Positions 42,159 through 52,062 of a DNA stretch of 64,000 bases are shown piece by piece. The DNA comes from Candidatus Marinacidobacterales bacterium (GTDB lineage Bacteria; Acidobacteriota; Vicinamibacteria; Marinacidobacterales; DATDRI01), in the NCBI GenBank assembly GCA_965219415.1, contig CBDCNP010000002.1, positions 4,096,001 through 4,160,000 on the forward strand, given 5' to 3'. Positions within the stretch are counted from its first letter, which is position 1. Each line of letters opens with the position of its first letter. The position numbers were made by a program, and so were the translations under genes. The notes under the pieces are model-generated. The model was given only the letters and a program-made list of their open reading frames with translations. It made no database searches and was not told the origin of the DNA.

Positions 42159-43580
42159 TTAGTAGACCGCCAAATACCGGTCCAACTCCCACTCGTGGAC
42201 TTGGGCAATGTAGTCGCGCCACTCCGCCCGCTTGGCCTCGATAAAGTTAGCCAGGATGTGGGGAGTCAATGCTTCTTGGACGACCTTGTCCTTCTCGAGG
42301 GCGTCCACCGCCTCTCGGAGATCACCGGGCAGCTCGTAGATCTTCAACCGACGCCTCTCCCGTTGACTCATGTTGTAGATGTTCTTGTTCACTGGAGGGC
42401 CGGGCTCGATCCGGTTCTTGATCCCGTCCAGGCCCGCTTTCAACATCGCCGCCAACGCTAGATACGGATTCGCCGAAGGATCCGGCATGCGCACTTCGAT
42501 GCGGGTGCCCGAACCCCGTTTCTCTGGGACCCTCACCAGTGGGCTTCGGTTGCGCATGGACCACGCCACGTTTGTGGGTGCTTCGAAGCCCGGGACCAGC
42601 CGTTTGTAAGAATTGACCAAGGGATTGGTGATGGCGCAAAAGCCTCGCGCGTGACGAAGGATGCCGCCGATGTAGTGGAGTCCGGTGTCTGAAAGCTCGT
42701 GCTCCCCCCGTGGGTCATAGAAGGCGTTTTCCTCTCCGCGGAACAACGACTGGTGGGTATGCATGCCGGAGCCGTTGATTCCGAAAATCGGCTTCGGCAT
42801 GAACGTCGCGTGGAGCCCATGTTCGAGGGCCACATGTCTCACAATGAAGCGGAATGTGGCGACATTATCCGCAGTCGTAACCGCTTCCGCGTACTTGAAA
42901 TTAATCTCGTGCTGCGCGGGAGCCACCTCGTGATGGGCAGCCTCGACTTCGCAACCCATTGCTTCGAGAGCGTTCACGATGTCACGCCGCGCATCCTCGC
43001 CCCGATCCACAGGAGTGAGGTCGAAGTAGCTCCCCGCATCATGTGACTCGGTGGTGGGGCCATTCGCCCCTCTCTGAAAAAGGAAGAACTCGGCTTCCGG
43101 CCCAGCCATCATCGTAAAGCCCAAGGCCTTCGCCTCCTCGGTCATCCTTTGCAACGCCAGGCGGGGACAACCTTCGAACGGAGTGCCATCGGGGTGGTAG
43201 ATGTCGCAAATGAGTCGGGCCACCCGATTGCCAGACCCGTCCGATACATTGGCCAATACATCGACTCCATTCGAGGACCCGTTGGTGCCCGAAAAGGGAA
43301 GGATTCGGAAGGTCCCGAGATCGGGACGCAACACCATGTCCGACTCCTCGATGCGCACGAAGCCCTTGATCGACGAGCCGTCGAACGCGATCTCGCCATC
43401 GAGGGCCTTTTCGAATTGCTGAAAGGGGACCTCCACGTTCTTGTTCACGCCAAGCATGTCAATGAACTGGAGCCTCATGAAACGAACCCCCAACCCGCGG
43501 GTCGTGTCGAGAATCTCTTGCCTCGTCCAATCCGACTTGGGCTCGTACTCCACGGTTCCCGGCGGGGCGGAAGCTACCAT
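42159..43580 (-). CDS. glnA: glutamine synthetase type I
   Basis: FDGSSI, GPEAEFF, HHEVAPAQHE, TFMPKP...NGSGMH, NSYKRLVPGFEAP, RIEVRMPD. Confidence 0.96.
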   Translation of the reverse strand: MVASAPPGTVEYEPKSDWTRQEILDTTRGLGVRFMRLQFIDMLGVNKNVEVPFQQFEKALDGEIAFDGSSIKGFVRIEESDMVLRPDLGTFRILPFSGTNGSSNGVDVLANVSDGSGNRVARLICDIYHPDGTPFEGCPRLALQRMTEEAKALGFTMMAGPEAEFFLFQRGANGPTTESHDAGSYFDLTPVDRGEDARRDIVNALEAMGCEVEAAHHEVAPAQHEINFKYAEAVTTADNVATFRFIVRHVALEHGLHATFMPKPIFGINGSGMHTHQSLFRGEENAFYDPRGEHELSDTGLHYIGGILRHARGFCAITNPLVNSYKRLVPGFEAPTNVAWSMRNRSPLVRVPEKRGSGTRIEVRMPDPSANPYLALAAMLKAGLDGIKNRIEPGPPVNKNIYNMSQRERRRLKIYELPGDLREAVDALEKDKVVQEALTPHILANFIEAKRAEWRDYIAQVHEWELDRYLAVY

Positions 43581-43684
43581 AATGTCCTGTCCTTTCGGTT
43601 TTGGGTTAAAAACGACGGGGTTTGCGTTCCCCAGCCGTGAGAGTACACAGATGATGTCTGTTTGTCAACCAAAAGCTACCTCAA

Positions 43685-43700
43685 TGGCAATTGTTTGCCA
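43685..43700. promoter_or_regulatory. palindromic operator candidate upstream of glnA
   Basis: TGGCAA-N4-TTGCCA in an AT-rich segment about 105 nt upstream of the start. Confidence 0.35.
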
Positions 43701-43807
43701 ATTTATTGTTGTTTCGCCTATCTAAATTGCAAAATTGTATTGCCTTGGTGCACAACTCGCGATCTCGGTCCACAATTGTCCTGTACTCGCGGATACGAGG
43801 TTCCCCA

Positions 43808-44212
43808 TGAGCATTTTCAAACCCACTCAGCGGAAGTATGTGAAGAAGGCCTATCGCGTGAGGAATTGGCGTGAATATGAGGCGGGTCTACGCAACCGCG
43901 GGAGCCTGACCGTCTGGATCTCGCTCACCGCCGGCAAGCTTGTGAACTGGGACGCGCCCCGGCCAAGGAGGAGGAAACCGGGCCGTCAACACAAGTACTC
44001 GAACCACGCCATCGAGACGGCTGTCACCCTGGGCATGGTGTTTCATCTGTCATCTAGGCAGAGCGAGGGATGGTAGTGGGGTCTTTTGAAATTTCAAAAG
44101 ACCCCACTACCCGAGGGATTGCTGCGGTCGTTGTTCGCTCTGATGAAGCTAGACAATGATGTGCCCGATCACACCACGATCTCGAGGCGCAAGCCGAAGC
44201 TGGGTAAGGTCC
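43808..44212 (+). pseudogene. IS5 family (IS903-like) transposase N-terminal relic
   Basis: YRVRNWREYEAGLRNRGSLTVW...YSNHAIE...RQSEG|LLRSLF...VPDHTTISRR; interrupted at 44072 and cut at about 44212. Confidence 0.85.
44072..44111. mobile_element. 40-bp perfect palindromic insertion with an 8-bp TSD
   Basis: GGTAGTGGGGTCTTTTGAAA+TTTCAAAAGACCCCACTACC flanked by CGAGGGAT on both sides. Confidence 0.85.
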
Positions 44213-44420
44213 TGTGCCTTCTGTTTATTCATCCGCGCGCACCGAACTGGATTAGTCTCCGGTCTGCCGGCACCATGCCTACATGATTTCGTCGTTTGTT
44301 CGTGCTCTCATCTCTGCCTTCAAGGCTCGTCGCGAGCTGGCTCTCGAGAAAGTCGCTATTGGCAGCAGCTCTCTGGATCCGATTTCGAGGAACTCGATTC
44401 TCGGCCACAAGATACTCGTT
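44213..44420 (+). mobile_element. left-end relic of the rve element found at 59920-61172
   Basis: TGTGCCTTCTGTTTATTCATCCGCGCGCACC plus a degraded MISSFVRALISAFKARRELALE. Confidence 0.7.
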
Positions 44421-44741
44421 GTGAGCAACTCCTCATCCATGGATCCTGAGATGTAGCTCAGTATGGTCTTCCAGCCATTGCGGCTCCTTCCGCTGAACTG
44501 GAATACGTATCCGACCGCCATGGCGGATTCAAGCAGCCTTTGGGAAGGTGCAAACTGCTGACCCGCTGGGCCTTCGAGTATTTTGACCAGACGCGTTCAA
44601 GTTTTTGGACACGACGGCAACCCACGGCGCGGCTCGGACAGCACTCGAACGTATCTACTCAGGCAGCCGCACGATGGTAATAACGAAGTAGGCCGCCCGA
44701 GTCGCTCGCGGCACTCGACGCTGGGCCCATCCGCGTCCTGG

Positions 44742-44834
44742 GGTGCTTGCGCTGTTTACTGTTGGTGATGTGTACGCATCCCATTACAAACAAAGCGCTT
44801 ACGCTCCATTTAGCGCGCAGCGAAGTTCGTGAAC
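44742..44834. repeat. truncated copy of the 166-bp GGTGCTT MITE
   Basis: Matches 53333-53425; cuts off tcuA. Confidence 0.75.
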
Positions 44835-45157
44835 CGCATCATCCACTCCTGGCAGCTTGCCGACTCCCGAACGGTCATGCGGGCGAGCCCTTCATCGGTA
44901 TGCCCATCCGTTACGTCGAGCAGATCCTTCTCCAATAGTCCGATTCCGAGTAGGAGTCGGTCAGCACGTCGGTGGGAGCGTCATGCATGCATCGCAGGTT
45001 ACGGGTGTGCCTGCTGTTACCGCCGCGAGAATGGCGAGGGGCGGCCTCGAGAACGAGAACGCTGGCGCCGGCCGGCGAGGCGTGCGCTGGGGGCGGCGCA
45101 AAGGGCCGCGTTGCCGCCACCTACGACTAGTACGTCATAGCTCCCGCCGGCCTCCAT
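44835..45157 (-). pseudogene. tcuA: N-terminal fragment of FAD-dependent tricarballylate dehydrogenase
   Basis: YDVLVVGGGNAALCAA...VLVLEAAP...RGGNSRHTRNLRCMH...DYW with two frameshifts; truncated. Confidence 0.75.
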
Positions 45158-45223
45158 CACCCAACGCTCCCCGTTTGTCTCCTCGCCACCAAAACAACTC
45201 AATCTGAAGGCTGTCCCCCCGAC

Positions 45224-45970
45224 TCAAGTCATGAACCGGCCACCGTTCACGTGCAAGGTTTGGCCGGTAACGTAGGTGTCCCGCGGATCCGCCAGAGGGA
45301 GCGCGGCCCGCGCCACATCCTCAAGAGTGCCCCGCGGGCGGTCCTTCTCGTCGCCGGCAAAGTGAGGTTCCGTCTGGCCGGGTGTTCGCGTCGTCTCGAT
45401 CACGCCCGGAACGAGACAGTTCGCTCGAATGTGACCGAGCCCCTCTTCGGCAAGTGCACGGGTGAGCCCAACCAGACCCGACTTGGCGGCGATGACGTGA
45501 GCTCGCTCCCTGGCGGGGCGATGAGCGCTCAGACCTCCGATGTTGACGATGGCGCCGCGCCGATCGGCGGGAAGCCGCCGGAACATCTCTCGGGAGGTGA
45601 GAAAGGCACCGGTGAGAATAACGTCGACCACTTGTGACCATTGCTGGCGTGTAATGCTGGTGAATGATTGGTGGATGCGGTGAGCGGCACCGTTGATCAG
45701 TATGGAAACTTTGCCCAGCTCGGACTCGACACGATCGAAGGCATCGATGACGGCTGTCTCGTCGGCCACCTGGGCCAGTATTCCCATCGCCTCGCTTCCA
45801 TTTGCGGCCAGGCGGTGGACGGCTTCATCGAGCGCGTTCTGATCGGAAACACCGATGACGCAGACGCGGGCCCCGGCGGCGCGCAACGCCTCGGCAATCG
45901 CCAGGCCGATGTTGCGGGTCCCGCCGGTAACCAGCGCCGTCTCCGCATGAAGGTCAACATTCCATTCCAT
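45224..45970 (-). CDS. SDR family oxidoreductase (atypical active site)
   Basis: VTGGTRNIG, LINGAA, HVIAAK in place of YxxxK, TGQTLHVNGG; RBS before ATG 45970. Confidence 0.85.
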   Translation of the reverse strand: MEWNVDLHAETALVTGGTRNIGLAIAEALRAAGARVCVIGVSDQNALDEAVHRLAANGSEAMGILAQVADETAVIDAFDRVESELGKVSILINGAAHRIHQSFTSITRQQWSQVVDVILTGAFLTSREMFRRLPADRRGAIVNIGGLSAHRPARERAHVIAAKSGLVGLTRALAEEGLGHIRANCLVPGVIETTRTPGQTEPHFAGDEKDRPRGTLEDVARAALPLADPRDTYVTGQTLHVNGGRFMT

Positions 45971-45993
45971 AAGATCCCCTTGCTCGGCTACGG

Positions 45994-47436
45994 CTAATGC
46001 GACGTCAGAAGAGAGGTGAGCTCGCGCACTGAAGCGAGCGCCTCCAGTTTGCGAACCCTCTCGATAATCCGATCGGAGTGAGAGCCGTCCCAGCCCGCGA
46101 ACGAGGCGCACTCACGGAACTTGTCCGCCGCCTCGTCATAGCTCATGGGGTCGGACGGGCTGCCTTTTCCGAAATCCGAACGGCCCGAGATCGTACGGCC
46201 ATCGTTCAGGTGGATGTCGATGATGGTGGTCATCTTGTCATAGCCGGCCTCCTCCGCTTCGGGATGGACGCCGAAATGCACTTTGCCGATCATTTCCTGC
46301 ACATCGGCACGGTTGACGACTCCGTCCGTGAACTCCGGCAGGCCGCCCCGTCGCTCCAAGAGCAGGATGGCCATGCAAAACTCCATCGAGAACTTCGCCT
46401 GAAGCTCGTTGGTGGGGCGGTGGTGGATGAGAGCGTTGGGCATGTTGTGGTTCGTGCCCACCTCGACGCGGCTGACCTGATCCGATTTGATGTCGTGCTC
46501 GCGTATCAGCTCGAGCATCTTCGTCATGCCCGGATGCGTTAGGGATCCGGAGGGGTGCGGCTTAATGGATACGCCGGGATCGACGAAGGTCCAAGGGTTT
46601 CCCAGTTTACCCTGAATGGCCTCTAACTGGTAACCACCTCCGTGTGCCTGGAAGAAGCCGCGCGGCGATTCGAGGATTCGGTCGGTGGCGGTCCAGCCGC
46701 TGCGGGCGAACTCGGCGGCCACCAGACCCGATTCGGCGGCTCGGCCAGCGTGGAACGGCTTGGTCATGGTGCCGAAGTTCTCGCGTAGTCCAGCCGACTG
46801 GCTCGCCGCGATGGCGAGGGCTCGCAACGTTTTCTCCAAGTCGAGCTGATAAAGCTTCGCGGTTGCTGAAGCCGAGGCGAGCGTTCCGCAGGTGGCCGTG
46901 GAGTGGAATCCGTGCTGGTAGTGACGCGGCGACATGGCTTCCGAGATCTTGGTCTCGACCTCGACTCCTATGTGATAGGCAAGCATGAGTTCGCGACCAG
47001 AAAGATCTTGACACTCGGCGATCGCCAGCGCGGCCGGCAGACAAGGTGCGGTGGGATGGGTCAGCAAGCCGTACACCCGGTCCGACCCCACCGCGAGCTG
47101 CGTATCGTCGTAGTCGTCGGCATGCATGGCCACACCGTTCGCGAATGCCGCAAACCGCTCTCGGGCCTGGAAATTCGTACCGATGACGGTTGCCTGCCCA
47201 CCGAGTTTCTGCGATCGCAGGTACTCTTGAACGATACGCCCACTTTCCGCGACCGAACCCGATAAGGCGAGCCCCAAACCGTCCAAGATAGATTTCTTGC
47301 CGCGGTCGACCAGTTCGACTGGCAGAGCGTTATAGCCGGTCTGGACGATGAAAGAACCCACTTCTCGCGTCAGGCCTTCGCCACGACGCGAATCGATGTC
47401 GGGGGTAAAGCGCTCAAACCTTGGGTCGGCGGTCAT
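45994..47436 (-). CDS. MmgE/PrpD family protein
   Basis: NGVAMHADDYDD, HP, GFHSTAT, TMTKPFHAG, AKFS, KGSP. Confidence 0.9.
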   Translation of the reverse strand: MTADPRFERFTPDIDSRRGEGLTREVGSFIVQTGYNALPVELVDRGKKSILDGLGLALSGSVAESGRIVQEYLRSQKLGGQATVIGTNFQARERFAAFANGVAMHADDYDDTQLAVGSDRVYGLLTHPTAPCLPAALAIAECQDLSGRELMLAYHIGVEVETKISEAMSPRHYQHGFHSTATCGTLASASATAKLYQLDLEKTLRALAIAASQSAGLRENFGTMTKPFHAGRAAESGLVAAEFARSGWTATDRILESPRGFFQAHGGGYQLEAIQGKLGNPWTFVDPGVSIKPHPSGSLTHPGMTKMLELIREHDIKSDQVSRVEVGTNHNMPNALIHHRPTNELQAKFSMEFCMAILLLERRGGLPEFTDGVVNRADVQEMIGKVHFGVHPEAEEAGYDKMTTIIDIHLNDGRTISGRSDFGKGSPSDPMSYDEAADKFRECASFAGWDGSHSDRIIERVRKLEALASVRELTSLLTSH

Positions 47437-47448
47437 AGATGATTTTCC

Positions 47449-48954
47449 TCATCGGTCTGTAGCACGGAATCGTTTCAGCGACGCCTCGAGAAAAGCGCGC
47501 AGGGGAGAGTATAAGACGCTGGCCGCAGCGAATGCGAAGAACGTGAGCGCAACGGGTCGGCCTAGAAACCCGGTCCACTTCTGATCGAAGATGATCATGG
47601 ATTGAGCGAGCGATGTCTCGACTAGCCCACCGAGCACCAATCCCATGATGATGGGTGCGGGACCGAATCCGTGCCGTTTGAGGCCGAATCCCGCCAAGCC
47701 CGCTGCCAGCATGACCCAGACATCGACCATCGATTGTTTGAGACCATAGGAGCCTACGAAGCAGAGCACGAACACCGTGGGCCATAACAGAGTCTTGGGA
47801 ACGAGGCTGATGCGGGAGAAGATCTTGGCCCCAGCCAGCCCGACGAAGAGAAAAAGGAGGTTGGCTAGGAACATCGCGAAGAAAATGGAATACAGCAACG
47901 CGGGCTGTTCTTGAAAGAGATGAGGCCCGGGGTGCAGCCCGTGGACCTGCAGTCCCGCCAGGATCACCGCAGCGGTTGCACTACCGGGGATGCCGAGGGC
48001 GAGTGTGGGCACCATGGAACCGCCGGTGGCAGCGTTGTTCGCGGTCTCGGGACCGGCGATACCTTCGATGGCTCCATGACCGAACTCTTCCGGCGACTTG
48101 GACCAGCGTTTGGCTTCGCTGTATCCAATCATGGCCGCCATGGTGCTGCCTTCCACCGGCAGGATGCCGACGAACGTGCCGATCACGCACGAGCGCAGCA
48201 TGGTACCCCGCACTTTCCGGAAGTCTTCGCGAGAGGGAAGCTTGAGGGCGGAGAGACCGACGCTTTTGACCTCGAGTCCCAGCTTTTGCGCTTGTTCCAA
48301 CAACTCGGTCACGGCGAAGAGGCCGATGAGGACGGGGATGAAGTCGATGCCCTCGTAGAGCTCGGGGAAGCCGAAGGTGAACCGCTCCACACCGGTTGTG
48401 AGATCCACGCCCACCGTGGCGATCATCAATCCCAGGCAGCCGCCGATGAGGTTCTTGAGCGGAACCTCTCCGCTCAGGGAAGCGAGCATGGAGAGCCCAA
48501 AGATTGCCAGCGCGAAGTATTCAGGCGGTCCAAAGCTATAGGCGATGCGGGCCAGTGGGGGGGCAGCGACCAGAAGGACGAAAATGCTGAAGATACCGCC
48601 GACCACGGATGAAACCGCGGCCATACCCAGCGCTCGTCCGGCCTCACCCTTGACCGCCATCGGATACCCGTCGAACGCAGTGGCGGCAGCGGGAGGCGCT
48701 CCCGGCGCGTTGATCAAAATGGCCGTGATCGAGCCCCCGAACGTTCCGGCGCAGTACAGTGCCGAGAGCAATGCGATGGCGGGGACGGGGTCCAAGTACA
48801 GGGAGAACGGGAGAAGGAGGGCCACCGCCATCGACGAGGACAATCCGGGCAGCGCACCCACCAGGACGCCACCGATGGTTCCGGCGACGATCAGAAAGAT
48901 GACAAAAGGATCTGCCACCATCCGTAAAGCGATTTCTAGCCCGGACGCCTCCAT
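47449..48954 (-). CDS. tctA: tripartite tricarboxylate transporter large membrane subunit
   Basis: GALPGL, GGSITAILINAPG, DGYPMA, GPPEYF, ETANNA, LGIPGS. Confidence 0.93.
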   Translation of the reverse strand: MEASGLEIALRMVADPFVIFLIVAGTIGGVLVGALPGLSSSMAVALLLPFSLYLDPVPAIALLSALYCAGTFGGSITAILINAPGAPPAAATAFDGYPMAVKGEAGRALGMAAVSSVVGGIFSIFVLLVAAPPLARIAYSFGPPEYFALAIFGLSMLASLSGEVPLKNLIGGCLGLMIATVGVDLTTGVERFTFGFPELYEGIDFIPVLIGLFAVTELLEQAQKLGLEVKSVGLSALKLPSREDFRKVRGTMLRSCVIGTFVGILPVEGSTMAAMIGYSEAKRWSKSPEEFGHGAIEGIAGPETANNAATGGSMVPTLALGIPGSATAAVILAGLQVHGLHPGPHLFQEQPALLYSIFFAMFLANLLFLFVGLAGAKIFSRISLVPKTLLWPTVFVLCFVGSYGLKQSMVDVWVMLAAGLAGFGLKRHGFGPAPIIMGLVLGGLVETSLAQSMIIFDQKWTGFLGRPVALTFFAFAAASVLYSPLRAFLEASLKRFRATDR

Positions 48955-48960
48955 CGTTTC

Positions 48961-49449
48961 TCAGGAGAACAACGCTGCTAGCACGCCGAGGGGAAAGCGT
49001 ATGCCCAGCGCCAGCGTGAAGATCGCATGAATGGCCAAGGGCAGTACGACCGCCAGGATGGCGATCCGGTGGAACCGCCTCTCGCCCCAAGACAGCGGCA
49101 TGAGGATCGCCAAAAGCGCAACGGTGAGCAGCATGCCGAGTGGTCGCACCAGGAGCACCGAAAGCGTGATGATGCCGGCGGTCAGAAAAACGGTTGGTCC
49201 TATTCTTTCTTTGGCGCGATGGGTCTTGGTTAGCCCCTTGGCGATGAGGCCCATGCTCAAGAGAGTGATGCACCCCAGGACCAGCCGTGGAAAGAACGTG
49301 GGAGGCACGTTCTGAGAAAGCATCGCGGGCACTTCGGGAAAACCCCTCGTTAGCCAGAACAGGACGCCGCAGATGGCCACCAATCCGACGCCGACGAGCG
49401 CGTCCGGGTACGCCGCCAGGACGTTCCACCTTCGAGTTGTGGGTGCCAC
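48961..49449 (-). CDS. tctB: tripartite tricarboxylate transporter small subunit
   Basis: 4-5 TM segments, PPTFFPR motif, located between tctC and tctA. Confidence 0.85.
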   Translation of the reverse strand: MAPTTRRWNVLAAYPDALVGVGLVAICGVLFWLTRGFPEVPAMLSQNVPPTFFPRLVLGCITLLSMGLIAKGLTKTHRAKERIGPTVFLTAGIITLSVLLVRPLGMLLTVALLAILMPLSWGERRFHRIAILAVVLPLAIHAIFTLALGIRFPLGVLAALFS

Positions 49450-49465
49450 GATGCCCGACCGAGCC

Positions 49466-50449
49466 CTACTCTTTAATGATGCCCAGGTCGATCATCGCTT
49501 GGCGGGCGTCACGATACAGGCGCGCGATTTGCGCATTCCAGATCTCGCTGCCCGCAACGGATCGGATGTCGAGCCCCGAGCCTTTGAGGTAATTCTGATA
49601 ACGGGGGTGCCGCATCCCCTCAAGCAGGCCCTGTTCCAGGATGCGAATGCGATCCTCGGGTGTGCCTTTGAGGACGACGTATCCACGAACCGTCGAGAAC
49701 GTGACATCGTATCCGAGCTCCACGGTGGTTGGGACGTCCTGGATCGCATCCATTCGCTGTTCGGCCATGACGGCCAGGGCTCGGAAATCACCGCGTCGGA
49801 TTCGATCGAGCCCCTCGGTCAGATTGAGCCCCGCGGCATCGATGCTTCCGCCCATGAGGTTGGTGACCACCTCGCCGCCGCCGCCGAAGGGTACGACGCT
49901 TAACTGGGTATGGGCCACCCGAGCGAGCGTCGCCCCCGCCACGTGGTCAACGCCACCGATTTGCGTCGCGCCCCACTTGATGGGTCGCTGCTGGCCAAGG
50001 GCAATGAGATTGGCTAGCGTCTTGGTGTCGCTGGACGCGCGGACCATCACCACGATTGGGTCGTCCGCCGCGCGTGCGACTCCGACCAAGTCTTCGATGC
50101 GGAGCGGACCCTGGCTGCGAGCGAGCGCAAAAAGGTGGGTCGGTGTAATGCCCATCATGCTGTAGCCGTCTCGAGGCTGCGTGGCAAAGTAGCTCATGGA
50201 CACCATCCCCCCGCCGCCGACTTTTGGAACCACCGCCATGTCGACGCCGAATGCCAGCTCTGCACCTACCAACATAGCCCGCGCCGTGGTATCGGTTCCG
50301 CCTCCCGGAGACGCGTGGGTAATCACATCGATCGGTCGGGACGGGAAACTTTCCTGGCCCCCTGTGGCACATGAGGTGAAGCTAACCGCGGCGAGGACCC
50401 CGACGGCGGTCGAGCTTTTTAGGTATGGGTACGCGTGCGGAAGGAACAT
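49466..50449 (-). CDS. tctC: tripartite tricarboxylate transporter substrate-binding protein (possibly lipid-anchored)
   Basis: FPSRPI, PGGGTD, GGGG, DGY, VPFGGG, VPTTVELG; FTSC lipobox-like. Confidence 0.9.
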   Translation of the reverse strand: MFLPHAYPYLKSSTAVGVLAAVSFTSCATGGQESFPSRPIDVITHASPGGGTDTTARAMLVGAELAFGVDMAVVPKVGGGGMVSMSYFATQPRDGYSMMGITPTHLFALARSQGPLRIEDLVGVARAADDPIVVMVRASSDTKTLANLIALGQQRPIKWGATQIGGVDHVAGATLARVAHTQLSVVPFGGGGEVVTNLMGGSIDAAGLNLTEGLDRIRRGDFRALAVMAEQRMDAIQDVPTTVELGYDVTFSTVRGYVVLKGTPEDRIRILEQGLLEGMRHPRYQNYLKGSGLDIRSVAGSEIWNAQIARLYRDARQAMIDLGIIKE

Positions 50450-50637
50450 TCGATAACCTCACTATCCGCTACTATCCTAGCGGCATTCTACACTCCCACT
50501 GTGCCTTGACGACTAGGGATAACTGAAGGCATTGTGTTTTGCGCCTTTCTTGCCTCTCCACAATCGCTCATGATACGCTCCCATTCGTCTGAACGGGCAA
50601 CTACACAACCTTCGAGGCAGTCCGCCACACACGGCTC

Positions 50638-51852
50638 ATGAAATTTCCAATCGTTGGCCGGCGACAGGTCCTGAAGCTCTTCGGCGGGGTCGCAGTGAGC
50701 GCGCTTTCGGGGCTCCGTGTCCCGCAAAGGCGCCGCGATTGTATCGGCATCGTCGGAGGAGGGATTCTGGGGAGCTCCATCGCCTACCATCTCGCGAAGC
50801 GCGGCGCAGAAGTTACCCTCTTCGAAAAGATAGGTCCGGCAAGCGGCGCCACTGGAAATTCCTTCGCGTGGATCAATGCGGGGTTCTCGAAAAAACCCTA
50901 TTCGTACTACCAGCTCAATCGGCTCGGCGCCCTCGGCTATCGCCACTTGGAGCGCGAGCTCCACGGCGAGCTTCGTGTGAAGTGGGGCGGAAGCCTCGAG
51001 TGGTTCGGGGATGTCGAGAGGGCCCGAAAGCTTCGGGAGCAGGTGTCGCACCATCAAGCCTGGGGCTATCCCGTCCACCTCGTCGACGAGAAGGAATTTC
51101 GGTCTCTCGAGCCCGAGGTCGAGCCGGGGCCAGTCTTGGCGGCGGCTCACTCCCGAACACGAGGGGAGCATCGACCCGGTGGCGGCGACTCGAGCGCTTT
51201 GGAATAAGGCGCGCGAGCTCGGTGCCCGCATGGAGTCTCCCTGTCAGGTTCGTGAGCTCGACTTGCGTTGGGGTGAGCTGCGCGGCGTCAAGACCTCGAT
51301 CGGTAACTTCGAGCTCGACGTACTCGTCGTGGCGGCGGGGGTCGACACGCCGAAGGTAGCGGCGATGGCCGGGCTCCGCGTGCCGCTGAAAGATTCTCCC
51401 GGCCTCCTCGCCCACACGAAGCCCACCGCTGAGCTCATCGGCCGGGTCGTCTCGCTCCCGGCGCCCATATGAAGCAGAAACTCAACGGACGCGTCGTCAC
51501 CGGGAGCGGCTTCGGGGGCAGCCCTACTACGGATACCTCGAGAGAGCAGGGCGAGCGGATGCTCGAAGAGGCCGAGCAGTTCCTCCCCCGGCTTGGCGGA
51601 GCGGAGCTCAAGCGGGTCACCCTCGGATGGCGCCCACTTCCCGAGGATGATCGTCCGATCGTCGGCTTCAGCGACGGCGCTCCCGACGTCTACATCGTCG
51701 TCATGCACAGCGGGGTCACGCAAGCGCCAATCATGATGGGCCGGCTCGTCGCCATGGAGGTCCTGGACGACGTGCGTGTGGATTTACTGAAGGACTTCCG
51801 GCTCTCCCGTTTCGAGGGGAAACGAGAGACCGGCGTCTCCTTGCTCCGATGA
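50638..51852 (+). CDS. FAD-dependent D-amino acid oxidase/glycine oxidase family protein, Tat-like signal, two frameshifts (about 51155 and 51460)
   Basis: GRRQVLK; IVGGGILG; ASGATGNSFAWIN; EGSIDP; GWRPLPEDDRPIVG; MHSGVT across three ORFs. Confidence 0.8.
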
Positions 51853-51978
51853 ACTTCAGCCAGCCACCCGTTAGGGGATCTAATTGTGAGCAACCGGCGC
51901 ATCTGCGCCGCCCTAATCGGTTCGCCCTTTGTCACACAGCCCAGGGTGATTCAGAGATTTCTTCAGTCGATTCGCATC

Positions 51979-52035
51979 CCCCGTCCTGTGCCAAAACTCG
52001 GCCCTTTTGAAATAGACCGCAAATCAGCAGCTTAG
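51979..52035. repeat. end of the CCGTCCTGTGCCAAAACTC element family
   Basis: Matches 26281-26336; a shorter inverted partner lies at 53521-53542 and another copy at 55880-55901. Confidence 0.8.
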
Positions 52036-52062
52036 ACGCCCTTGGAATCCGCGCAGAATCCA

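Noticed and set aside
43685-43700. sigma54 promoter for glnA
   Set aside because: GG-to-GC spacing is 9 nt on both strands; 10 is required
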